From: an uncultured Actinomycetes bacterium | Lineage (GTDB): Bacteria > Actinomycetota > Thermoleophilia > RBG-16-64-13 | DNA: 64,000 nucleotides | NCBI GenBank assembly: GCA_963806155.1 | Contig: CAWDXC010000009.1 | Location: forward strand, 120,726 to 184,725 | Direction: 5' to 3' | Shown: one piece after another, positions 1 through 10,121 of the stretch | Layout: each line of letters opens with the position of its first letter | Position numbering within the stretch: position 1 is the stretch's first letter | Translations under genes and position numbers: made by a program | Notes under the pieces: model-generated | Database searches by the model: none | Told to the model about the DNA's origin: nothing | What the model saw: only the letters and a program-made list of their open reading frames with translations

Positions 1-2
1 TG

Positions 3-275
3 ACGTTCCTCGGCCCGCGAGCCGCAGTGCTCATATGGTGGCTGGCCGATTGGAACTTCTGGCAGAAAGCCTATGAAACCGCGTTTTGGCCCATCATCGG
101 CATCATATTCGCCCCCTGGACGACGCTCTTCTACATGATCGCCTTCAGGAGCGGTCTGGGCATCGCCGGGGGATGGGACTACCTGTTGATCGTTATCGGC
201 GTGCTGCTGGATCTGTTCTCGTACTTCGGCGGTGGATGGAAGAACCGCAAGCGCGTGCCGGGATACGCGAAGTAA
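3..275 (+). CDS. Small hypothetical membrane protein, 5' end outside the window
   Basis: Frame is open from the window edge (TFLGPRAAVLIWW...WTTL...D) with about three hydrophobic segments; a terminator hairpin follows. Confidence 0.7.
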   Translation, partial: TFLGPRAAVLIWWLADWNFWQKAYETAFWPIIGIIFAPWTTLFYMIAFRSGLGIAGGWDYLLIVIGVLLDLFSYFGGGWKNRKRVPGYAK

Positions 276-310
276 GCCGACCGACCCGAAGCACATGGAA
301 CTACTGCAAA

Positions 311-337
311 CAGGCCGGCCGGAAGGCCGGCCTGTTT
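311..337 (+). terminator. Intrinsic terminator
   Basis: Perfect 10-bp stem CAGGCCGGCC-ggaa-GGCCGGCCTG followed by TTT; implies the next gene starts at GTG 361 rather than at 232 or 295. Confidence 0.6.
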
Positions 338-360
338 CGGTCTATCCGTCGGAGCCGAGC

Positions 361-1158
361 GTGGTCACCATCTCCTACCTCGGCCACAATACGTTGCTTC
401 TCGACGCGGATGGGGTGCGTCTGCTTACCGACCCCATGCTGCGCATGCGCGTCCCACTCCTGCAGCGCCATGGTCCTTTCCCCGACCTCGCCGTTACCAA
501 GGGCCTCAACGCGGTGTTGATCTCCCACCTTCATCTCGACCACGCGAACCCTGCCTCCCTACACCTACTTCCGCGGGAGACACCGCTGCTGGTACCGAGG
601 GGAGCCGCTCGGATACTGCGGCGTTATCGATTCACCGACCTGCATGAGCTGGCACCAGGGGAATCTCTTTGCTTCGGCAAAGTAAGCGTCACTGCCACAT
701 TCGCGAGGCACTCGGGCCAGCGTTACCCATGGGGCCACTACGCCGAGGCGATCGGGTACATGGTAAGGGGCTCACTCAACCTTTACTTCGCCGGGGATAC
801 GGGGCTCTTCGATGGTCTGGCCGACCTTGCCGGCGATTTGGACGTGGCGCTCCTCCCGATCTGGGGATGGGGACTCAGACTCCCCGACGACCATCTCTCG
901 CCGGAGACCGCGGCGAAGGCTCTGCAGTTGCTCAAGCCCAGACTGGCCATTCCCATACACTGGGGTACGTTCCTGCCCCTGGGGGCCCATGTGTTCTACC
1001 GTCACTATCTAAGCGACCCACCGCAGGCATTCGTCCGTTACGCTCAGGAATACGCGCCCGATGTTCGCACCGTCCTTCTGCCACCCGGGGAGTCCATCAC
1101 GCTGCCGGACTGGGACGACGAGCCACTGGACGACGGGCGGAAGGAGGCCCGCAGATGA
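361..1158 (+). CDS. MBL-fold metallo-hydrolase
   Basis: LGHNT..TDP, SHLHLDH, H, AGDTG and PIHWGT motifs; GGAG RBS before GTG 361. Confidence 0.9.
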   Translation: MVTISYLGHNTLLLDADGVRLLTDPMLRMRVPLLQRHGPFPDLAVTKGLNAVLISHLHLDHANPASLHLLPRETPLLVPRGAARILRRYRFTDLHELAPGESLCFGKVSVTATFARHSGQRYPWGHYAEAIGYMVRGSLNLYFAGDTGLFDGLADLAGDLDVALLPIWGWGLRLPDDHLSPETAAKALQLLKPRLAIPIHWGTFLPLGAHVFYRHYLSDPPQAFVRYAQEYAPDVRTVLLPPGESITLPDWDDEPLDDGRKEARR

Positions 1159-2273
1159 GCGCCGGCGAGGCTCCGACCCCCGGCAGCCCGGATCGCCCGA
1201 AGAAGGCGGGGCTCGAAGGGATACCTGTGGTCGGGCCGGTGTGGTCCTGGTATCGAGGCTACACCCGGCGTAACGGCGCCCTGCTCAGTGCCGGCATCGC
1301 CTATTACGGGCTTTTCTCACTGGCCCCCCTCCTGCTCCTCACTCTCCAGGTAACCGGTCTCTTTATAGGCGAATCCACCGCGCAGGAGGAACTGAGCCAG
1401 ACTCTGGAAGCGTACTTGGGGCCCTACCTCGCGGACCTGTTCAGCAGCGTTCTATTCCAGCTTCAGGGCCGTGGCTCGAGCACGTTCGCCGTGATCGGGG
1501 TCCTTCTGCTCATCTATGGCGCGACCAAGCTCTTCCTGAGACTGCAGGCCTCTTTCAACATCATGTGGGACATACAGGTCCGGCCCACGCGGTTCTCCTT
1601 TCGTAGAGTGCTGTCCCGGCTCTTCGCTTTCGTGCTTGTCCTAGCCCCGACGGTCGTCCTGGTCATTTCCTTGGTCTTGAACGCCAGCATCTCGTGGCTC
1701 GAGGGCATCACCGACACCTCGGGACCGGTGCTCGGCTTGGCCGACAAGATCATCCCGTTTCTATTGGCCTGGGGAGCCCTGATCATCATCTTCGCCATCC
1801 TTCCCGACATCCGCATGTCCTGGCGGGATTGCTGGCTCGGCGCCCTATTCACAGCGGTGCTTTGCGCCCTGGGCACGTGGCTCTTCGGTACGTACTTATC
1901 CTGGTCGAGCAGCCAGAAGTACGCGGGTGCGGTGGGGGCTCTCATAGCCCTCATCGTCTGGGTGGATTTCATGGCGATATTCACGCTTCTCGGAGTCAGG
2001 CTGAACAGGTTGCTCTACGAGCGCAGGGGAAAGACGATACAGCCCTATCCGTACGCAGCTCTGGTTCGGTACATCCCCGCGGGGATAACCGGCGGGGCCC
2101 TGCAGCCTGAGGTGGACAAAAGGCCCCCGGTCGAAGAGGCGGCACCGGCGGGTGGGCCGGCTTCGGCGCACGAGGGACGTCCGGCCGGTGAGGCAGTCTC
2201 GGCCGGTGAGGCGGCTTCGGCGCACGAGGGGCGTCCCGCCGACGAACGAGTCGAGCCCCCGAAGGAGCATTAG
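1155..2273 (+). CDS. YihY/virulence factor BrkB family membrane protein
   Basis: AGIAYYGLFSLAPLL and YGA/G..GALIAL..W motifs, multiple TM segments; ATGA overlap with the MBL stop. Confidence 0.9.
   Translation: MSAGEAPTPGSPDRPKKAGLEGIPVVGPVWSWYRGYTRRNGALLSAGIAYYGLFSLAPLLLLTLQVTGLFIGESTAQEELSQTLEAYLGPYLADLFSSVLFQLQGRGSSTFAVIGVLLLIYGATKLFLRLQASFNIMWDIQVRPTRFSFRRVLSRLFAFVLVLAPTVVLVISLVLNASISWLEGITDTSGPVLGLADKIIPFLLAWGALIIIFAILPDIRMSWRDCWLGALFTAVLCALGTWLFGTYLSWSSSQKYAGAVGALIALIVWVDFMAIFTLLGVRLNRLLYERRGKTIQPYPYAALVRYIPAGITGGALQPEVDKRPPVEEAAPAGGPASAHEGRPAGEAVSAGEAASAHEGRPADERVEPPKEH
2159..2241 (+). repeat. Degenerate 18/54-bp coding repeat in the YihY tail
   Basis: GGCTTCGGCGCACGAGGG(A/G)CGTCC(G/C)GCCG at 2159 and 2213; encodes ASAHEGRPA twice. 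Confidence 0.8.
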
Positions 2274-2388
2274 GCGCCGACTGAGCCGTCAGGCATCCGC
2301 GAGGCGCGCTGAGGCCGGTGGGGCGAGCGCCCCACCGGCCTCGGTCTTCTCGATCTTTGTCCTTGTATGCCTTGCTGGGACCCGTCCG

Positions 2389-3927
2389 CTACAAGGGGTT
2401 CACCACCGGGTACGGTCCTTTGGAGATGCCGAGGTATACGGTCGAACCCGGCGCTACCGAGCTTTCCGGTGGCGGCAGTTGGGCGAACAGCTCACCCTGT
2501 GGAGCCAGCGACGTGAAGATCTCGACGCTGACTGCGACTAGGCCAAGCTCTTCGAGCGTCGCGGTCGCTTCCTCCAGCGACATCCCGCGTACATCGGGCA
2601 CTATGACGAACTCAGCCGGCCTGGGTCCCATGGAGACCACGATCCCCACCTTTATGCCCGGCTCGGTGATGCTCCCGGCCACGGGCGCCTGCAGACCGAC
2701 AACGCCCTGGGCGACCGTGTCGCTGTAGACGTCGACGATAACGACCCCGTAGCTCAGGTCTTGCAGGGCTTTGACTGCGTCGGCCTCCGCCTTCCCGACC
2801 ACGTTGGGCATCGTCACCGTCTCAGGCGGCTGCGGGCCCTGAGACACGGTTATGGCTACCGCGCTCCCCCGCTTCGCGGTCGCGCCGCCGGCCGGATCCT
2901 GGCTCACCACCAGGCCCACGGCCACGGTGTCGCTGAATGTCGCGTTCGGGACCGCCGCGAAGCCTGCATCCTCTAGGGCTTTCGCCGCATCCGCCTCGCT
3001 CTTGCCGGCTACATCCGGGACTGTGGCTTCTGGGTTCTTACCCTGCGAGACGATGATGTCCACTCTCGTCCCGGGCTCGACGGCGATGCCCCCTTCCGGC
3101 GACTGGCTGATGACGATACCTTCCGCGGCCTCTTCATCGTAGGAGGCCTTGGACTGCACCTCGTATCCGGCGTCGTTCAGGGCCTGGGTGGCTTCATCCT
3201 GGCTCATGCCAACGACATTGGGAACGAGCGTCTCTTGCACCCCGGCGGATATCACCACGGTCACCTCTGAGCCCGGGGCGGCCTTCTCACCGGCCGCGGG
3301 CGATTGATCGACGACCGTCCCCGGTTCGGCCTCGTTCTCGACGGCCACAGATTTCACCTTGAAACCGGCAGCCGTCAGCGTCTCCGTGGCGCCGTCGAGT
3401 GTCTGTCCCAGTACATCGGGGACCTCGACCTCGGCCTTGCCGGCCACGACCACGTCCACCGCGGTCCCCTGCTCAACTTGCTCTCCAACGTCCGGTTTCT
3501 GGCTGACGATCTGTCCCTCTTCGATCCCCACCGGGACTTCCGACGTGTAGTCGACTTTGCCGAGCTCGAGCTCGACGTCGTTGAGTGCGCCCACACCCTC
3601 GGAGACGGTCAGCCCCTTCAGATCGGGGACATCGGCGGTATTGCTGCGGTACACGCCTATGACCACGAGACCGGCTACTATCAGAGCCAGGAACACCCCC
3701 AGCAGGATCCACAACCAGAGCAGGGATCTCTTCTTCTCGGGGGGTGGCGCCGATTCAGACGTCCACGTCGGCTCGTGGTGATCAGGCCCTCCTGCGCCTT
3801 GTGGCGGAGGTACCGGCGGTGGGGTGCCAGGCGGCGTCGGGGGTTGCGAGGAAGCAGGCGGAGGCGTCTGCGGTGGAGGCGAGGCCTGGCCGCCTGCCTG
3901 CTGATCCATTCCTTGCTGGTTGTCCAT
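2389..3927 (-). CDS. Membrane-anchored protein with six PASTA domains and no kinase domain
   Basis: Pro/Gln-rich N-terminus, one TM helix, then six VP(D/N)V.G...Q.P..G repeats; GGAGG RBS before ATG 3927. Confidence 0.9.
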   Translation of the reverse strand: MDNQQGMDQQAGGQASPPPQTPPPASSQPPTPPGTPPPVPPPQGAGGPDHHEPTWTSESAPPPEKKRSLLWLWILLGVFLALIVAGLVVIGVYRSNTADVPDLKGLTVSEGVGALNDVELELGKVDYTSEVPVGIEEGQIVSQKPDVGEQVEQGTAVDVVVAGKAEVEVPDVLGQTLDGATETLTAAGFKVKSVAVENEAEPGTVVDQSPAAGEKAAPGSEVTVVISAGVQETLVPNVVGMSQDEATQALNDAGYEVQSKASYDEEAAEGIVISQSPEGGIAVEPGTRVDIIVSQGKNPEATVPDVAGKSEADAAKALEDAGFAAVPNATFSDTVAVGLVVSQDPAGGATAKRGSAVAITVSQGPQPPETVTMPNVVGKAEADAVKALQDLSYGVVIVDVYSDTVAQGVVGLQAPVAGSITEPGIKVGIVVSMGPRPAEFVIVPDVRGMSLEEATATLEELGLVAVSVEIFTSLAPQGELFAQLPPPESSVAPGSTVYLGISKGPYPVVNPL

Positions 3928-4186
3928 CCTCTGCTCCCTCCCGTGCCGTCGCTTTCCGAGCTCTGAGTGTGCACTGAGACACACTCCGGTGGTGCGCCAA
4001 GCCTTCCAGCCATGGTCTATACCCTATGTCACCTGGTCGTACTCCCCCTTGAGGCTACGACCGCGGGCAGGCCGGAGTCGTGTGCACAGTCTAGCTTCTT
4101 TGTGGGCACACTATCCCCTTTCTCAAACCGATGCCTTTCCACTAGAAACGGACCAGGCGTGCAAATGACGCGCTTGTCCGCAACAG

Positions 4187-4213
4187 GGTTTCGCCGCTCT
4201 TGCTATCGGGTAG
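4187..4213 (+). promoter_or_regulatory. Candidate SigB/SigF-type general-stress promoter
   Basis: GGTTT-N16-GGGTAG upstream of DUF1269; a second GGGTAGACC lies at 4280. Confidence 0.45.
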
Positions 4214-4316
4214 ACCGTCTCCGGCATCACAGAGCAGGGAAACCGCCCCGTTCGTCAGTGAAAGCACACGATCCGCCGGGGGTAGACCCGGGCCATGAGG
4301 ACGGAAAGGAGCAGTT

Positions 4317-4823
4317 ATGGCAGAGAACGAGTTCGGGATCATCTATGCGGCAGCCTACGGGTCTCTCGCAGACGCAAAGGAGGACTACGAAGGCATCAAA
4401 GAGCTGCACAAGGAGAAGTGGATCGGTAAGTACGAGTCCGCACTCTTCACCAAGAACGAGGACGGGTCCGTCAAGATCCACGATACCGACGCCACTTCTC
4501 GGGGGCGCGGCCTGAAGATAGGCGCGGCCATCGGCGCAGCCGTAGGCCTCATCTTCCCCGTCACGATCCTTGCGGGCGCCCTGATCGGTGGGGGCGCCGG
4601 TCTGTTTGGCGGTCACCTCTCCAGGGGCCTCAAGCGCGATGACATCAAGGAACTGGGTGACACGCTCGACGCGGGCGAGGCCGGCATCGTCCTGGTGGCG
4701 ATCGTCACGCCCGACGAGGGGATCGACCGTTTCCTCAAGCGGGCAGCCAAAGTCATGAAGAAGCAGGTGGACGCGGACGCGGAAGAGCTCAAGAAGGCGA
4801 TCGACGAAGCGGTGGAGGACTAA
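4317..4823 (+). CDS. DUF1269-family membrane protein
   Basis: Typical K.EDGSVKIH..., glycine-rich GAAIGAAVG hairpin and ELG..LDAGEAG motif; GGAG RBS. Confidence 0.8.
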   Translation: MAENEFGIIYAAAYGSLADAKEDYEGIKELHKEKWIGKYESALFTKNEDGSVKIHDTDATSRGRGLKIGAAIGAAVGLIFPVTILAGALIGGGAGLFGGHLSRGLKRDDIKELGDTLDAGEAGIVLVAIVTPDEGIDRFLKRAAKVMKKQVDADAEELKKAIDEAVED

Positions 4824-4834
4824 GTCTGCTAGTG

Positions 4835-4868
4835 TGGGGCGCACCGGCCACACGGCCGGTGCGCCCCA
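4835..4868 (+). terminator. Hairpin terminator after DUF1269
   Basis: Perfect 15-bp stem TGGGGCGCACCGGCC-acac-GGCCGGTGCGCCCCA. Confidence 0.7.
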
Positions 4869-4933
4869 TTCGTGTCCTGCTCACCGGCGCCAGGTGAGCC
4901 ACATCGATCCGATCTAGGGGGAGACCGGCCGAG

Positions 4934-5719
4934 ATGACAAGCCAGCCTCTTGATGTCCTGCCCATGTGGGCGATATATCCCCTGACCGTGCTGGTCCTGC
5001 TGGTGGCGACGTGGGGAGGCTACCAATTTGTCAAGACAAAGCATCGGACAAAGGCTCCAGAGTCCGATGCCGGTCTTGGCGCCATCTCCGGCGCTACCTT
5101 GGGGATGTTGGCCTTTCTGCTGGCGTTCGTAGTTGGTTTTGGATTCGACGTATACGGACAGCGCCGCGCACTCGTATTGGACGAGGCCAATGCGATCCGT
5201 ACCACCTACCTGCGGGCCGGCTACCTCGAGGACCCCTATCGAGTGGATTCGCGAGCACTGTTGAGCGACTACCTTGATGGGCGAATGACGATCGTCGATC
5301 ACCCGGAAAAGGTGAACGAGGTGAGAGCGCGCGCGGAGGAGATACAGGGAGAGCTTTGGGCGATCGCGGAGACAGTCGTCACTCAAGTGGATAAGTCGGA
5401 CACGACCAGCGCTTACCTCGATTCGCTCAGCCAGGTAGTCACGGTCCATGCCGAACGGGTGGTCAAAGGCCTGCAGGTACGCATCCCGCCTCTCATCCTG
5501 CTGGGTATGTACTTGATCAGCCTGATCACCATGTTCCTGGTGGGCATGCAAAGCGGCTACGCCCCTAACCGCAGCGTGATGGGTCTTGTCATGCTGGTAC
5601 TGGTCTTTGCGGTAGTCCTCTACCTGGTCGTCGATCTAGATCGCGCCCAAGAAGGCCTGCTGAGGGTCTCGCAGCAGGCGCTGATCGATCTCCACAGCCA
5701 GTTGCCCGGCTTGCCTTAG
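4934..5719 (+). CDS. DUF4239-like membrane protein (paralog of 63201-64000)
   Basis: LAFLLAF...R..V.DEANAI.T.YLR and DLDR...G...V motifs; four TM segments. Confidence 0.8.
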   Translation: MTSQPLDVLPMWAIYPLTVLVLLVATWGGYQFVKTKHRTKAPESDAGLGAISGATLGMLAFLLAFVVGFGFDVYGQRRALVLDEANAIRTTYLRAGYLEDPYRVDSRALLSDYLDGRMTIVDHPEKVNEVRARAEEIQGELWAIAETVVTQVDKSDTTSAYLDSLSQVVTVHAERVVKGLQVRIPPLILLGMYLISLITMFLVGMQSGYAPNRSVMGLVMLVLVFAVVLYLVVDLDRAQEGLLRVSQQALIDLHSQLPGLP

Positions 5720-5849
5720 AGCAGGCTGACCGAGCGAACAGAGCGGCAGAGCAGCCTTGCTGGAGGGGTTGTCCCCGCTCGGAGCGACCTGCGAATATGA
5801 TCGCGTGGTTTGGCGATGCTCTCTGGTCGACCCCAAGGAGAAGTGCTTC

Positions 5850-7951
5850 ATGAACGATGACGGCCGCACGACCCCAGCCGACGAGTCAAGCGCTCGCCGG
5901 GCCTCCGTCAACAAGGCGCTTTGGAAACGCGCGGTTTTCGGCATCTGTCCGTTTCATCGGGATCATCGTGATCCAGGCAGTGGCTCTCTGGCTGGCTGCC
6001 AAGGTCATGCCGGGGGTGAGCTGGAAGGGGTGGGGGCCGCCGCAGCCGTATCGGTTGCCATGCTCATCGCCATGATCGTGGTGTGGACCCTGTTCATGCG
6101 CTTCCTCTTCAAGCTGACCGTGTGGACCGGCGGACTGTTCACGGTGGTGGTGAACGGCCTGATCGTGCAGGTGGCCGCCTCCATCAGTCCGAACCTCGAC
6201 GTGGACAACTTCGGCTGGGCCATCCTCTTCGGGCTCGTCGAGACAGTCATCCTGACGATACTGCTGGCGATCATCTCCTACGAAGACCCGGTCACTTGGA
6301 AGAGGCTTATCTTCCGTCGGCACCGGCGGCAGATAGACCCCAGCATTGTCGGCAAGCCCGGGGTCATCTTCCTGGAGATCGATGGCCTCTCACATGACGC
6401 GTTTGTCCGAGCTATGGCAGCAGGAAAGACCAAGACCATGCGCAGGTGGTTGCAGTCCGGCTCCCACGTGCTCGTTCCCTGGGAGACCGATCTCTCTTCA
6501 CAGACCAGCGCCTCTCAGGCCGGCCTCCTTCACGGCAACAACCGCGAGATCCCGGCCTTTCGGTGGTTCGACAAAGAGCTGGGCAAGGTCGTCGTGTCGA
6601 GCAACCTCAAAGCCTTGGGGCCGCTCGAAGAGCAGCATTCGAATGGGGACGGCCTCCTCGCACGAGGGGGGGCCGCGCGCGCCAGCATGTTATCGGGCGA
6701 CGCCGACGAGGTCATGCTCGTGGCCAGCAGAGTGCGGGAGGAAAAGGAGACAGCTACCGGGCCTTCTTCGCTTCTCCCCTCAGCTTCACCAGAGTGGCGC
6801 TGCTGCTTTTCTGGGAGATGTTCCTCGAGACCGGGGCCAAGTGGTCGCAGAAGTTCCACAAGGTCGAGCCTCACCTCGACCGGCATTTCAAGTACACGAT
6901 CGTGCGGGCGATCATGACGGTGGCCTTGCGCGATCTCAGTCTGAACGGGGTCATGGGCGACATGCTACTAGGGCGCGCGTATTGCTACGCGACCCTTGCC
7001 GGCTACGACGAGGTGGCCCATCACTCGGGTCTCGATCGTCATGACACCCTCGCAGTGCTGCGCAAGATAGACTCCCGATTCCACAAGCTCGAGAACGTGG
7101 CAGAGATCTCGCCAAGGCGCTACCAGTTCGTGGTCCTCTCCGATCACGGTCAGACCCAGGGGGCCACCTTCCTGCAACGCTACGGGATGGACCTGGAGCA
7201 GCTGGTCCGCGGATCGGTCTCCGATGGCACCACGGTGGGCGGTCCCAGTACCTACGCGGAGAGCGGCGCGGGCGCAGGGGTCGCCCCCGGACAGAGCGAC
7301 TGGGAGCATACAGCCACCGTGGACGGGGCGATGAAGGAATCCGGGCTGGACAAGAAGCGCACAGGCAGGCTGTTCCGCAGACGCCTGAGGGCGGGAGACG
7401 CAGTTCCGACCATCGTGACCGACGTCGTGGTAATGGCCTCGGGCAACCTAGGGTTGGTCTCCTTCACCGGGCCCAAGCATCGCCTGACTCTTCAGGAGAT
7501 CGAGCGTAACCATCCCGATCTTCTTGCGACACTGACCGCCCACCCCGGGGTCGGATTCGTCATGGTGGCTACGTCGGGCAACGTTGACGGCGCTGCCGAC
7601 ATGGTGATCATCGGCGAGAAAGGACGTCACTACCTGGGCGCCGAGGCAAGCGCCGAGCGCGTCGTGGGCGAAGACCCGCTCCTCCCTTACGGCCCGAACT
7701 CCGCCCGCCACCTGCGCCGGACGACTTCGTTCACCAACTGCCCCGACATCTTGGTCATGAGCACCTACTGGGCCGAGACCGACGAGAACGCCGCCTTCGA
7801 GGAGTTGGTAGGTAACCACGGAGGGCTGGGCGGCGAGCAGACTCGTCCCTTCGTCCTCTATCCCGCCGAGTGGCAGCTGGACACGGACGAACTGATCGGG
7901 GCCGAGACGGTGTTCCGCAACCTCAAGCGCTGGACGGCGATCACCGCGTGA
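5850..7951 (+). CDS. Phage-holin-like 4TM domain fused to an alkaline-phosphatase/phosphodiesterase domain; three apparent frameshifts
   Basis: N-terminal TM block (GLFTVVVNG), then FLEIDGL, SQTSASQAG, GYDEVAHH, LSDHGQ and GNHGGLGG; frame changes near 5935 (T run), 6030 (G run) and 6745 (A run). Confidence 0.8.
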
Positions 7952-8065
7952 GACCTGCCGGTCTAGCCCGGCCGCCAGTCCCGCCAGCCTGACCACTCGC
8001 TGGCCTAGCCGGCTCGGTCCTTCTGGGCCTCTCGGTCGGGCCGACCTCCTACTCAGGCTGGCCTC

Positions 8066-8380
8066 TCAGCTGGAACGCCGCAACGATCTCACCATCCGGC
8101 TGTCGTACCCGGGGCCGGACGCGCCGGGCACACTCGCGACCACAAGCGCGAGCGCGCTTGTGGTCTGCACGCTGAGAAAGGTCGAACTGGCGAAGAATGC
8201 CCCCACAGGCGTGGACAGCATCACCGCGTAGAGGGCGTAGATCGGATTGACTCCAGCCAGCACCCCGGACGCGAGAGCATCGGGCACGCTCTGCACGCCC
8301 AGGACGAGCCCCGACATCAGGTCCGGCCGGATGGTCCTGCGGTCGATCTTGATGCGCTTCTGAAGGCCCAGCCGCTTCAC
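8066..8380 (-). pseudogene. 5' stub of a SulP-family anion transporter
   Basis: PDLMSGLVLGVQSVPDALASGVLAGVNPIYALY...F.SS..LSV.TT is the SulP N-terminal motif; similarity stops after about 90 aa and I see no continuation. Confidence 0.75.
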
Positions 8381-8445
8381 GTGCTGATAGTCCGCTCCGT
8401 GTCCACCGAAGTCGTCGACGTCACCGAAGGGAGGAGGGGAAGTGG

Positions 8446-8889
8446 CTACTCCCCCGCGGAACGGAACTCAAGAACGGTGTCGGCGGACACATCCTTTATG
8501 GTGAGCTCATCTCCGTTGACCTTGTACGCCCCCGCGGCCTGCAAAGCCACCAGGTAAGCGGCTTCCTGTTCCATGACCGCCGGCTCACCGGCCATCTGCG
8601 TGCTTGCGAGTGGACCGACGGAAAGCTTGCTTCCATCCGTCTCGTATGAGCCGGAGTACTGGTTTACCCCGGCGTTGCCGCTCAGCTTCCCATCGGCGAA
8701 GGTCGCATCCACCTTTGGAGCCGGCAGCGCGTCCTTCATGGCGCCGTCGACGGCGTACGCGGTCAGGATCCACGTGGTGCCCTCCAGCTGCTTCGCCTGA
8801 TTACGTCCGCTGCACGCAGGCAGAGCGACCAACAGCAGAACACAGAGAAGTAGGAACGCCGGTAACGACAGCTTCATCGGTGCTCTCAT
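8446..8889 (-). CDS. META-domain (HslJ-like) lipoprotein
   Basis: Lipobox LPAC; LEGTTW.L, GNAGVNQYSG.Y and GPLAST.MA motifs. Confidence 0.9.
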   Translation of the reverse strand: MRAPMKLSLPAFLLLCVLLLVALPACSGRNQAKQLEGTTWILTAYAVDGAMKDALPAPKVDATFADGKLSGNAGVNQYSGSYETDGSKLSVGPLASTQMAGEPAVMEQEAAYLVALQAAGAYKVNGDELTIKDVSADTVLEFRSAGE

Positions 8890-8925
8890 GAGACCCCCTC
8901 TCAGGACGAATTGGCGCGGTCTGGG

Positions 8926-9369
8926 CTAACCCTCCGCGGGACTGAACTCCAGCACGGCCGCGCCGGATGAATCCATGATGATGAGCGTGTCGCCGTCGAT
9001 CTCAAATGACGCCGCAGCCTCAAGGGCCGCGAGGAAAGCGGCCTCCTGCTCCATGACCATCGCGTCACCCGCCATCTTAGTGCTGGCGAGCGGGCCGACG
9101 GAGAGATCGTCCCCATCCAACTCGTAGGGGCCGTTGTACTGATTGATGCCAGCGTTCCCGCTCACCTGCCCGTCGGCGAACGTCGCGTCGGTCGCGGCGG
9201 TCACAAGCGCGTCCTTCATGGTGCCGTCGACGGCGTACGAGGTCAGCACCCATTTCGTGCCTTCCAATGCCCGGCCCCCATCGTCGCCGCCGCACGCAGT
9301 GGCCGCCATCAGCAGCCCGCAGCAAAGAACCAGACCCACCACCAGCACCGCCCTCAGAACCGGTCTCAT
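8926..9369 (-). CDS. META-domain lipoprotein, tandem paralog
   Basis: Lipobox ATAC; same motifs as the neighbour; GGAGG RBS before ATG 9369. Confidence 0.9.
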   Translation of the reverse strand: MRPVLRAVLVVGLVLCCGLLMAATACGGDDGGRALEGTKWVLTSYAVDGTMKDALVTAATDATFADGQVSGNAGINQYNGPYELDGDDLSVGPLASTKMAGDAMVMEQEAAFLAALEAAASFEIDGDTLIIMDSSGAAVLEFSPAEG

Positions 9370-9459
9370 GACCCTCCTCCGTAGTCGTGTCCCTCTTGCC
9401 CGAAAACAGTAGACCATACGAACGCCCCCGCGCGCCACCCGCTGGAGCCGCGCCGCCAT

Positions 9460-9485
9460 GTTTCGCATATCATCTGTGGGGGCAC
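9460..9485 (+). promoter_or_regulatory. Candidate SigB/SigF-type promoter
   Basis: GTTT-N16-GGGCAC upstream of the SHOCT gene. Confidence 0.35.
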
Positions 9486-9572
9486 ACTACGGCCTGTGGC
9501 CGAGCGGCAAAACGCCATTCTTCCTGTCAAGTTCGGTGGCGCGCCGGCGAACGAGCGCGCAAAGGAGTCGCC

Positions 9573-9938
9573 ATGGAGTGGACATTGTGGGATGTGATGT
9601 GGTCGATGATGATCTTCTTCTTCTGGATCATCTATATCACGATTTTCGTTCGAATCTTCATTGACATCTTCCACAGGGACGACATCGGCGGTTGGGCCAA
9701 GGCGGGCTGGCTGATCTTCCTCATCTTCATACCTCTCATAGGGGCCATAGTCTATTTGGCCAAGCGGCCGAAGATGACCGAGCAGGATAAGCGCGAGATG
9801 GAAGCAGTCCAGCAGCAGCAGCGCCGCCTGGAGGGGTACTCCGCCGCTGAGGAGATCGCGAAGGCCCAAGCGCTGAAGGACAGCGGCGCCATCACCGAAG
9901 AAGAGTTCCAAGAACTCAAGCGGAAAGCCATGGTCTAG
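9573..9938 (+). CDS. PLDc_N-like TM hairpin plus SHOCT-domain protein
   Basis: DIFHRDD.GGWAKAGW..F.IFIPLIG.IVYL and AEEIAKA..LKDSGAITEEEF..LK; AAGGAG RBS. Confidence 0.85.
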   Translation: MEWTLWDVMWSMMIFFFWIIYITIFVRIFIDIFHRDDIGGWAKAGWLIFLIFIPLIGAIVYLAKRPKMTEQDKREMEAVQQQQRRLEGYSAAEEIAKAQALKDSGAITEEEFQELKRKAMV

Positions 9939-10047
9939 AGCTCATTGCGGTCCGGCCGGCCGCGCGGTTCACCGCGGTACGGCGGACCGCGCGGCTATGA
10001 CGGTGCGGTCGGACGTGCGGTGATGCGACAGCCGGGGAAGAGACACG

Positions 10048-10075
10048 GGCGGGCCGGCCCTCGGGCCGGCCCGCC
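10048..10075. terminator. GC hairpin between convergent genes
   Basis: 13-bp inverted repeat GGCGGGCCGGCCC-tc-GGGCCGGCCCGCC; a second hairpin lies at about 9959-9995. Confidence 0.6.
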
Positions 10076-10121
10076 GCATTGCCACGTTATACCAAGCGAT
10101 CGCCGAGAAGCTCCTGGACGC

